Assembly (NCBI GenBank): GCA_965234725.1 | Contig: CBDDUX010000021.1 | Location: 1 to 53,510 of the forward strand | From: Thermoplasmatota archaeon | GTDB lineage: Archaea > Thermoplasmatota > Penumbrarchaeia > Penumbrarchaeales > Penumbrarchaeaceae | Direction of reading: 5' to 3' | DNA length: 53,510 nt | Shown: positions 19,193 to 29,600 of the stretch, piece by piece | Position numbering within the stretch: the first letter of the stretch is position 1 | Layout: every line of letters begins with the position of its first letter | Notes under the pieces: model-generated | The model's input: the letters and a program-made list of their open reading frames with translations, nothing else | What the model was told of the DNA's origin: nothing | Database searches by the model: none | Made by a program: the position numbers and the translations under genes

Positions 19193-22100
19193 GTGATACT
19201 GCCGAAAGGAACTATTGATTTCTCTAAGAAAGGTGGAGAAGACTCCATGGCGAAGGTCATAGAGAACATCTCTGAGGAAAAGAGAACTGGTTACATCCTG
19301 ATAATGGGTAAATTACTCAATCTGGATGGCGAAAACGATGACGTTACAGCTCAGCTTCTTTTCCAGGATGGCGAACCTAAATTGTGCGAGGCGGTGGTGA
19401 ACAAATCTTCCCATAAAGGCCCCGATGGTGTCAATTATCTTCTCCGTTCCATGATGAATCCGGATAATGAGATCGAAATGCACTCGAAGATCGATGTGGG
19501 ACCCCCATTGGCTTTCTTCAAGGAATGTAAGTTCGAACCATCCGATCTAAACATAGAAGCTTTCAAGAAATTGATAAAAGAGGAAGAAGAGGAAAGTAAG
19601 CACAGAGATGAGGAGAGAAGACGGAAGGAAGAACAAGAACAGAAGATAAGGGAAGAAGTAGAAGGCTGGACTAAATCCGGATTCAAGATAGAAGGATTCC
19701 CGGAGATCATGGAGTCCTCACATGAAGAGATAGTGAAATGGTATGAGGACCTCTCCTCCAACATCACAGAGATCAGATCGATACTGGAATGGGCCAGGAA
19801 GATCGAGGAGGTGGAGGTGAGCGACCTCAGGGACCAACTGGTAGAAAAGGCAAAGGTCCCTCAGAACATAGACGTCATAAGAAAGGTCAAGGGAGATCTC
19901 GAATCGAATCTTTCTGATATAAATGAGAAGAGAAAAGAGATGGAGAAATGGGTGAACCTCTGGAGAGATGAGGGATACAATACCGAAAGGATCGAAGAGA
20001 GTCTGAATGGAGACCTCGTGACCGCATGGAACAAACTGACCCATTTCATGGACGATATTCAGAAATTGAAGGATCATAAGGAGGAACTTGAAACCCTGAA
20101 GAAGGATGATCCGGGGGATCATTTCGGATCAGAAACAAGAGAGATAGATTTCCTTTTGAACGATCCTTTAGAGATCGAGAATATTGAAAGGCTGATCACC
20201 GAACTGAAGGAGACGATGAAGAAAGAGAACAATGAAAAGAGCAGCCTCATGAAAATTGTAAAGGAATGGGAGGAGAAGGGATACGATCTCTCAGGTCTGG
20301 AAAGTCATTTGGATAAGAGGCTTGATGCTTTCAGGACTGAGCAATTGGAAGTACTGAAGAACATAAGCAGAATGGAATCCATCAACGGTGAACTGGAAGA
20401 TCTTGACCGCAGGGACCTGGCAGATGAGATAGATGCTCTTAAGGAAGGGGTGAAGGACCCCTACTCGATATCCGATTACGAAACGGAACTTAAAGCCCTG
20501 AAGGAAAAGGTCGATGTCATTAATTCCAGGAGGAAGGCACTCTCCGAAGAAATGGAGAAGCTTTCTGAAGAGGGATACAACGTTGAAAGCATTCGAAATG
20601 AATTGGACTCCCCCATTGAAGGGCTGGAATCTCGGTTCGAGAGTTTCAAGGCCGATGTGAAGAAACTGAAGGCTATTGAGAAAAGGATATCCGATATGGA
20701 TCACAGGTGGCTTGAAGAAGCCTTTGAAGAACTCAAACCTCTACTCAAGGAGGTCTCGAAGATCGATGAGATAACGACCTCACTGGACGATCTCCAAAAT
20801 AAGATTGATAACAGGGAAAGGGAAAGGGCCCGTATCAGGAAGGATATGGAAGACTGGAAGGAGGAAGGTTTCATCGTCTCTGGGTTGGAAGAGGCCATCG
20901 AAGATGACATGGAGGTATTCACCACTGCTCACAAGGACCTTGGACAGAATATTACCAGGTCAAAGGATGAGCTCGCCTCACTGAGGACCATGAACGTGAA
21001 GTTCTTCCCTGCAGAAGCACAAGAGATAGAAAAGGCCCTTTATGATCCAAAACTGCTTGATCGGACCGTAGAGAACCTTGAGAGTTTCAAGAAGAAGGTA
21101 AGTGAAGACTGGAACCTCAGGAATAGACTCAGAGGAAGATTGGATGAGTTAAAGGAGAAGAGATGGGACATTGGAGATCTTGAATCTCTGATGGAATCAT
21201 CCCCCGACCTTATAAGAGAAAGGACCGATGACCTTGAAAGCAGGGTCTCGGACCTTGAAGGAGCGATCGAGAAGATCGAATCCTGGGATCCACTTGAGAG
21301 TAATTGGCTCTCAGAAGGGATCTCCGAGCTGAGAGAGCACCTTAGAAGACTGGAAGATAGGGATGGGGCTATGGAACACTTCCAAGATCTTGAGGAGAAG
21401 ATCAACAATAACAAGAAGGTGAGGACTGAGATCATTTCCCAGATGGAAGACTGGAAAGAAGCAGGTTATGTCACCCACACGGCAATGGATAAGGCGGAAT
21501 CTGTGATAGAGGAATTGGAGGAGGTTTTCAATGGATTGAAGACCAACATCACGAAGCTCGAGGAGCTCCAGAAACGCTTCGATTCACTCAAGATAGACCA
21601 TTTCAGATCAGAGGCAGAGGAGATCGAGTTCAAGTTGAACGATCCCTACCTTGTGGATGAGATCGTGTCGGAAATGGAGATACTGGAAGAGAAGATCAAC
21701 AAAGACGAGGCGAAAAGGGATGAATTCAGGACCAGGATCAAGGACTTCCTGAAAGAAGGATTCATGGCAGCAAGAAACCTGGAAAGCGTCTTGGAAGAGG
21801 ATATCTCAATCGTGGAGCTGGAGTTCAGGAATTTCGAAAAAGAGGTTCAATTCTTCAAAAAGTACATGGAATCCACCGGATTTGTGTTCCCAAATGATCG
21901 AAAAGAGGAGAAAGTGGACACTGAAAAAAATGTCCCGACCGAAGACACGAATAATGTACCTCCTGAAGAACCGGATAAGATCGAAGAAGAAGCAGTGGAC
22001 CCCAACGGTGTTGAATTGAAAACGGATGGTATGGATTTTTCCAGCTTCATCGTAGGTTCACCCAATGAGATAGCATATACAGCCGCATCTGATGTTGCCT

Positions 22101-22948
22101 CTGATCCTGGAAATACGTACAACCCACTCCTTATTCTGGGAGATGAAGGTGTTGGGAAGACGCATCTGCTACAGGCGATCTCAGTTAAGATCAAGGAAGA
22201 GAAGCCGAACCTGAACATCCTTTCCATTACCGGTGAGGAATTCATTGAGGAAATGAAGAAACACCGGGATAGTGGAAAGATGGAGGATTTCAGGGATCGT
22301 TTCAGGAACTCCGATATCCTTGTATTGGACGACCTCCACATCCTAAAGGCCTCCGAAGAGATCCAGGATATGTTCATCAACATTCTCAATGGATTCCTGG
22401 ACAAGGACAAACAGGTGGTCCTCTCGTCAGAGAGAGAGATCAAATCCATACCTAAGCTGGTGGATCAGATCAGGGCAAGATTGGATAAAGGGGTCAGCGT
22501 CGATCTGGAAGGGACAACACCTGACCTCAATAAGAAGATCATTGATATGATCGCAGGGGATAAGATCCCTGAGGAAGTCTCTGATTACATTTCAACCCAA
22601 CTTGGGGATGTAAGAAAGGTCAAGATAGCCGTTGAAGAACTACTGGCATCCGGGGATATGGAAGGAACTGAACTGGAAAAGACCAAAGAGATCGTGGACA
22701 GGATCACAGGAGACCGGGGCCATAGAAAGCTCACAGAAGCTCTTGAGGACACACTGGAAAGTATGAAAGAGAAGAGAAATGAAGTTGTTCTCTGTACAAA
22801 CTGCAATGAGGAGATCCCTGCAGATTCCACCAATTGCCCGAATTGCGGTGCCATCTTCGAGGAAGTTGAGATGAAAGAATGCCCCGTCTGTAAGAAACAT
22901 GTCGAAATCGAGGCTGCGAGCTGCTCCAACTGCGGTATGGACTTCTGA
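19193..22948 (+). CDS. Multidomain protein: DUF2226-like N-domain, ~98-aa helical repeats, DnaA-type AAA+ ATPase domain and double zinc ribbon
   Basis: FSSFIVGSPNEIAY...YNPLLILGDEGVGKTHLLQAI (Walker A), DILVLDDL (Walker B), QVVLSSER, IRARL, DVRKV; C-terminal CTNC/CPNC/CPVC/CSNC. Confidence 0.88.
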   Translation: MILPKGTIDFSKKGGEDSMAKVIENISEEKRTGYILIMGKLLNLDGENDDVTAQLLFQDGEPKLCEAVVNKSSHKGPDGVNYLLRSMMNPDNEIEMHSKIDVGPPLAFFKECKFEPSDLNIEAFKKLIKEEEEESKHRDEERRRKEEQEQKIREEVEGWTKSGFKIEGFPEIMESSHEEIVKWYEDLSSNITEIRSILEWARKIEEVEVSDLRDQLVEKAKVPQNIDVIRKVKGDLESNLSDINEKRKEMEKWVNLWRDEGYNTERIEESLNGDLVTAWNKLTHFMDDIQKLKDHKEELETLKKDDPGDHFGSETREIDFLLNDPLEIENIERLITELKETMKKENNEKSSLMKIVKEWEEKGYDLSGLESHLDKRLDAFRTEQLEVLKNISRMESINGELEDLDRRDLADEIDALKEGVKDPYSISDYETELKALKEKVDVINSRRKALSEEMEKLSEEGYNVESIRNELDSPIEGLESRFESFKADVKKLKAIEKRISDMDHRWLEEAFEELKPLLKEVSKIDEITTSLDDLQNKIDNRERERARIRKDMEDWKEEGFIVSGLEEAIEDDMEVFTTAHKDLGQNITRSKDELASLRTMNVKFFPAEAQEIEKALYDPKLLDRTVENLESFKKKVSEDWNLRNRLRGRLDELKEKRWDIGDLESLMESSPDLIRERTDDLESRVSDLEGAIEKIESWDPLESNWLSEGISELREHLRRLEDRDGAMEHFQDLEEKINNNKKVRTEIISQMEDWKEAGYVTHTAMDKAESVIEELEEVFNGLKTNITKLEELQKRFDSLKIDHFRSEAEEIEFKLNDPYLVDEIVSEMEILEEKINKDEAKRDEFRTRIKDFLKEGFMAARNLESVLEEDISIVELEFRNFEKEVQFFKKYMESTGFVFPNDRKEEKVDTEKNVPTEDTNNVPPEEPDKIEEEAVDPNGVELKTDGMDFSSFIVGSPNEIAYTAASDVASDPGNTYNPLLILGDEGVGKTHLLQAISVKIKEEKPNLNILSITGEEFIEEMKKHRDSGKMEDFRDRFRNSDILVLDDLHILKASEEIQDMFINILNGFLDKDKQVVLSSEREIKSIPKLVDQIRARLDKGVSVDLEGTTPDLNKKIIDMIAGDKIPEEVSDYISTQLGDVRKVKIAVEELLASGDMEGTELEKTKEIVDRITGDRGHRKLTEALEDTLESMKEKRNEVVLCTNCNEEIPADSTNCPNCGAIFEEVEMKECPVCKKHVEIEAASCSNCGMDF
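19640..21870 (+). repeat. Eight degenerate in-frame ~98-102-codon helical repeats
   Basis: W/L/F-x-x-x-G-Y/F anchors (one variant LKEKRW) at 19667, 19961, 20267, 20561, 20855, 21149, 21452, 21746; spacings 294, 306, 294, 294, 294, 303, 294 nt. Confidence 0.8.
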
Positions 22949-22963
22949 TGGGACCGGGCCAGA

Positions 22964-23602
22964 TCAACTTAGGTCGGGATCGTTCGCGAAGATGAGATAT
23001 ATATCTCCCTCCACCGCTTCTATTCGGATCTTCCCACTGCCGGGTTCATTATGGATCCCAAGTGTGCTACCCACCTCGATGACTCGTTCTTTTAGCTCCC
23101 ATTTCACTCCATCCATGGTAACCTTTGCTCTTTTTGACGCTGGAAGGACCGAAATGACAGGTTTATCTGTTGTTCCCTTGAACTCAGATCCCTCTCTTAT
23201 CAGTAGGACCTCATCTCCTTCCAGATGAAGTGTCGCAAGGATTCCCTCAGGGATGCAGTAAAGAAGATGAAAACTCGCAAGGATATGATCGGACCTTCCT
23301 CTCTTTCCACCGTAGATCTCTATCTGCTTGGGGTGTCTGGAGATCGCATTCATGACAGCAAGCTCCCCATCGGAAAGGTCCTTGTCTCTTTGATGGACCT
23401 CGATGGTTACACCTCTTCTTTCTAATTCGGACAGGACCGCCATATCAATAGAATCCATATCACCGATAACGATGTCCGCCCTACCACCAGCTGAAACAAG
23501 GGATGTGGCGCCACTGTCAGCACAGATGGTAATATCATCGTCTCGGATATCAAAAGGGGGCCTTCCTCCGGACAGTATGACAACACATCTGTTTCCCTTC
23601 AA
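22964..23602 (-). CDS. thiN: Thiamine diphosphokinase
   Basis: ICADSGA, IVIGDMDSI, DKDLSDGELA, GRSDHILAS, GSTLGIHNE. Start likely TTG 23602 (or GTG 23611) rather than 23677. Confidence 0.9.
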   Translation of the reverse strand: MKGNRCVVILSGGRPPFDIRDDDITICADSGATSLVSAGGRADIVIGDMDSIDMAVLSELERRGVTIEVHQRDKDLSDGELAVMNAISRHPKQIEIYGGKRGRSDHILASFHLLYCIPEGILATLHLEGDEVLLIREGSEFKGTTDKPVISVLPASKRAKVTMDGVKWELKERVIEVGSTLGIHNEPGSGKIRIEAVEGDIYLIFANDPDLS

Positions 23603-23695
23603 AGTAGTCACTTCCCTGATCAATACTGATCGATGGTAAAAATAGATAGCGAGGGGGCATCGATAATACCCCCTCAACTAATAGGTCCCTTTCCC

Positions 23696-26600
23696 TTACT
23701 TATTGTGAAGGTGGGGGAAGTCAGACTCAGGGAAGTCTTCTTCTACTTCCTTCTTCTTGCTCAGGACTTTAACGATAAGTGCCATTGCAACCAGGGCGAT
23801 TATTCCAGCAATGATGACCAGTACGAGGTAAAGGACGGTGTTGTCATCCTTCTCTTCCTCGCTATCTGCAACGGTGGGGTCCCTTTCGGTTGCACCTTCG
23901 AGATATTCCTGAAGGTTTGTGTCCCCATCCTCATCTGGGTCCTCGTTCTGGTCCCCGGGTGTCAGAGGATCGAACCCGAACCTTACTTCATATCCATCGG
24001 GTAGTCCGTCATCATCGGAATCAGGATCCCTTGGATCGGTACCCAGTTCGTACTCCCTGTAGTTTGTAAGACCGTCACCATCATAATCCCGGTTCCTGTC
24101 GTTGACGTTCTTATCAAGACCGTTCTTGTCCTCCCAGACATCAGGCATACCGTCACCGTCAGTGTCGAATTCCGATAACTTCTCAAGGACGATAACATTG
24201 AAGTGGACAGAATCGGAGTTCCTCGCCGAGTCATACACAGTCAATGTGAAGGAGTAATTACCCGAAGTCTGGAAGAAGTATGTTATCTCCTTTCCAACAC
24301 GGACAATATCATCTCCCAGAGGACCATCTATGTTCCAAACCCATTCGGTCACACCAACATTATCGGTGGATCCCATATCCCTAAGAACATAGGAATCGCC
24401 CTCCAGAAGTGTCATGTTACCTGGTCCCATGGCGATCGGAGATAGAAGGTCCTTGATATCGACGAACCTGGTAACCAATGCATCGTTGTCCTCAGCATCC
24501 ACCACTGAAAGATAGACAGTGATGTTGCCTACGGCACCTCCGAGGTCAACCATGAGTATGGGTCCGGTGGCGGTCATTACTGAACTGTCCGGAAGGATAA
24601 TGGTCCATGCATACAGGACTATCCCGACATTATCGTAGGAACCGCTGGCATTGCCATAGAGGAGTTCATGGTTCCCCAATACTGAAGGCATGTTAAGAAC
24701 TATAACAGGGGCATCGGCATCCCGAATATTGATTCTCGTTGAAACTTCAACAGCCGGGTTCACACCATCTGAGATCAGGAGGGTTACATTGTAGACACCT
24801 ACAGCATCGAAAACATAGGTGACTTCCATACCGTCCATGACCTCATCCATTATAGTCCAGGTGTAGCTGATTATGCCCACGTTATCTGTTGACATGTACG
24901 CAGAGAATGCGACCTCCTCATGCTGGAATGCTTCGGAGGGCCCTACTATCACAGGCACTGGGGGTTCATCATCCACAATATCGATGGTAAATGGATCTGA
25001 TTCAACAGTGTTCCCGGACGTGTCAAGGACCCTGAAATAGAATTCAAAGCCGTCACCATTATCGTTCGGGACCATCATGGAGAACATGAATGTGTTGCCA
25101 TCCCTCTCCATCAACTTTGTCATTGGGTCCATTCCAGTGAATGTATAGATCAATTCCACCCTGCCAATACCGATATTATCGGTTGCATTGACCTTGAACA
25201 TGAATTCCTCACCGGTAGCAGCCGTTGTATCCGAGAGGAAATCAACAAAGGCAGGCATATCATTGTCCAATACCTCAACCTGGAATGTGACCGTTCTGGC
25301 AGAATTGCCACCTAGGTCATAGGCCTCGATCCAGAAGTTAAGGGGATCCAGAGAGTGCGGAACATCCACCTCGAAGGAGAACGTCCCTGAGGATCCGGTA
25401 CCATCCATGAAGGGGACGGTTCCTGGCTGGGTCGTACCAAAGAAGTAGTACAACCTCGACCCGGAAACGCTTACATCGTCGCTGACATCAACGGATATGC
25501 CATAGGTATCTCCGGTATAGGCCTTCGGTTCGAAAACTGGTATACTAATGACAGGCTCGCTGTTATCGAGAATGTCGACTACCTGCTTATTGGCATCGGT
25601 TTCAAAGTAGTTGAAAGCCGGTCCGATATCCGTTGCATCGAACCAGTATGTCATCGTTCCACTCATTACCGGAAGATCAAGCAGATATTTGTAGACATCA
25701 TTGGAAAGGATTTCCATAGGTATGGTCTGTTCTGCAGTGTTGAAACTGAAGTAATAGTGGAGGTTGACCTCCAAGACATCGATATTGTCCGATACGATCA
25801 CCCTGAATGGGAAGTTATCCTGTCCAGCTTCAGCGATCTTGGGAGTCATATCTCCATATATCTCTGGAAGATCGTTGTCCAACACAGTGATGGTTGACTC
25901 GGTTGTGATGAACTCATTATAGGATGTGTCCCAGATTATGAACTGGTAGACTATCTGTGCAAGTGTATCTTCGATGGTCTGAACAAGGAACCAATTATTG
26001 CTGGATCCACGGGTCATCTCTAGCATCTCGAACTGGTTACCGTCAACATAACCATAGGTGAGATAGACCTGCATCACGCCGACATTATCCACAGCATCCA
26101 TGGTGAAGTTCTTGGGATCTCCGGTGGTTGCAGTGGTTGTGGTCCTGTCCATTGCCATGGAGGGCAGATCATTGTCGTATACCATATGGGTGAATCCGGT
26201 CTCTTCCATCCAATTCCCGGCAAGGTCCACAGCTGTGATGTTGTAGGTCAGGATATCCAGGGAATTCAGATTGATATTGAAAGCAACGGAATCCCACACC
26301 GTATTGGTGGAATCGTATGTCAATGTCAGGTTCTGGGCATTGTCCCAGTCCTCCGCATAGGTCCAAAGGACATGGACTGCCACAACCTCAGGGCCATCGA
26401 TGTTATCGTCGATCTCGATGGTGAAATGGAATGTGTCACCAGTTGTTGCCAGCATCGATTGGACATCTTCCACGGTGGGGACATCATTATCCTCGATGCT
26501 TACCTCCACAGTGGAGCTGGGGCCTGATTCCCACCAGTTGCCATCAACGTCTCTGAAGTTATAGTAGTAGAAGAGGTGGTCAAGGGAATCTATGGGTATT

Positions 26601-29600
26601 GTAATGGTTCCCGTTGTAATCTGATCATCACCAAGTCCGTCTCCTTCAATATCAAAAACTGTCAGGGACTTTTCCGATCCTGTTCCAAACCAGTAATTAA
26701 CCTCCACATGATCAATACCCACATTATCATTCAATGTAAAATTGAACAGGAATGTGTCGCCGGTCATTCCAAGTGTGTCAGAGTTGTCTGATACGAATGT
26801 AGGTGCTGTGTCATCAAAGACTGTCACATAGAAGACAGGGCTCGTTCCGACGTTCAGGTAATTATCTGTTGCCTCGAAGTAATACATCATCTGGGAGAAG
26901 TGGTCTGGGACCGTCAGGTCGTAGTAGAATGTGTCGAAGACAAGGTTGCTCATGGTCACCGAGGAATAGACCGCATCGGTAACATCCTTGTAATAGAGCT
27001 GAACGGTGGCTGCGTTGTAAGCAATGTTGTCATCCACCTTTACGGTGATCGCCAGAAGGTCTCCTGTTTCAGGGGTGTTTGGAAGGATATCAAAATCGGA
27101 GAAAGTTGGAGCATCGTTGTCATCCACATCCTGAGAATCGGTGATCACAACAGTGTTGCCTGATGTATCCTTGATGGTTATGGTATAGTAGACCTGTGCT
27201 ATGGAGTCATCCAGGTTTATTGTTAGACTGTAGGTGCCGTCTCCGTCATACTCCATATCGGTGGAACCGCCCAGATTGTTGTGCGACCAGGTAATAGTAA
27301 CAGAATCAACCGCCCAGTTATCGGATATTGCGACGTCGAAAGTATATGAATCCACTGTGGTTCCTGTTCCACAGTTATCCGTGTAGGTAGGATCATCGTT
27401 GTCTATGACCGAAAGGGTCACCTGGGAGGTCATGTTCGTGAATCCGTTATCATCTTCTGCAACAATGTAGTAGATGAACTGGTTGGAGCCACTGTAAATA
27501 TTGAACTCTATGTCGTAGGTATCACCGGTATTCTTGGTCATCTCGATGGTGTGCCAGGCCCCATCATCATTGTAATGTAGTGTGACCATTGCCACCTCTT
27601 GATCATCAGTGACATCTATTGTAACATTCACAGGATCCCCGGTTGTAAGAGTTCCGGGAGTCACAACAGGAGTTGACAGTTGAAGCACATTGACCCGGTA
27701 ATACACCGTATCAACCACCACCAGATGTCCGGCAGAATCATTAGCCGATAGGTTGTAATAGAAATGATCCGCCGAGGCAGGGATGGTTATGGTGAAGGTG
27801 AAGAAATCACCCACCTGGGAATACGTCATTAGGTCCGTGTATCCTGCAGTTGTGGTGTTGTCGAACTTGTACGACATCATCACATCTGTCAAACCTATGT
27901 TGTCTGTCCACTTGACAGTGACCTTCAATGTTCCACTTATAGGTCTTACAGGATCCATGGCAATATCCGAATAGACGGGTTTATCATTGTCTGAAACCGT
28001 TACTGTCATTATTGAGCTCGTTACAGCATTCATTGAAGAATCGGTGACGGTCACCGTGTATGTCATACTGGTAACCGCATGGTCCAATGTAATCGTTGCA
28101 CTGTATGTTCCGTCACCATCATTGTTGAGGGTGGTGGTGGTCCCAAGCGTTCCATGGCTCCATGTGACCTTGACCGAATCAAGGGCGACATTATCACTCG
28201 CAGCTACATCGAAAGTGAAGCTGTCCCCTGTGGTTCCTGTCGTTCCAGTGCTATCTGTGAATGTCGGGTCATCATCGTCAATTATTGCCTGTGTGTAAGT
28301 ATCGGACTCATTTGTGAAACCATTATCATCCTTTGCTTCGAAATAGAAATCCACAGACAATGTACCATCTATTACACCCTCGAAGTAGTATGTATCTCCA
28401 GAGTAGTACATCATTTCTTCTGAATACCAACCATCCCCTGGATTGAACCAGAAGGTGACGTTCATCACTGCATCATTGTCCGTCACATCAATAGTTACGT
28501 TTACAGAGTCACCGGTAGCTGGCGATGAAGGAGTGGCAGTCGGCAATCCGAACATGGGAAGATTTACCATGGAATACTCGGTCGGAGAGGTGACCAGATT
28601 GTCTGCAGCATCAGATGCGGAGACATTGAAGTAAATATGGTCACAGGTTGAGGGGATGGTCACAGTAAAGGTGAAGGTATCTCCAACCTGTGTGTAGGTC
28701 GTGAGGTTCGTGTAACCAGATACATTGTCCAGCCTGTACTGGAGCATGACATTCGTCAGACCGATATTATCCGTCCAGTCCACACTGACATCCAGTGTTC
28801 CAGTCATCGGGTCCTCGGGATCTATCATAATATTGTCATACTCAGGAGCATCGTTGTCGCTGACAGTTACAGTTGCAGTTGAACTGGTAACTGAATTGGT
28901 TGATGTATCAGTAACAGTGATGTCATAGGTCATGCTGGTAACCGCATGGTCCAGGGTGATCGTTGCACTGTATGTCCCGTCACCATCATCATCGAGGGTA
29001 GTGGTGGTCCCAAGGGTCCCATGGCTCCAGGTTACCGTGACAGTGTCGATCTCAATGTTATCCTCAGCAGACACATCGAAAGTAAAGTCATCTCCAGTTG
29101 TTCCTGAGGTAGGAGAGTTGTCAGTGTAGGTCGGAGGATCGTTGTCACCTGTAGTTACGGTTTCCTCATCTGTCTCATTCTCGAAACCGTTGTCATCCAC
29201 CGCCATCACATAGTATTTCAGCTCCTCCGAGGATTCGTTCACGGTGATATCAGCAGTATAGGTATCTCCGGAAAGTGAGGTCATGTTCATGACCATCCAG
29301 TCACCCATATCGTTGTAATAAAGGAACAAACCAGTCAATACATCGTTATCTGTAACATCTATTGAGAAAGTCACAGTATCTCCTGTCTTGGGTTCTGTTG
29401 GATTCAGTGTAATCGTCCCGAGCTGTGGCAGGTTGACCTCACTGTAATAGTTTGAAGATACTACCTGATTGTTGGATGTGTCAGTGGCCGTGACATTGAA
29501 ATATACATGGTCACAGGAGGAAGGTATGGTCAATGTGAAGGTGAACGTGTCACCGACCTGCACATAGGTTGAAAGTGTGGTATAATCGGAAACATTGTCC

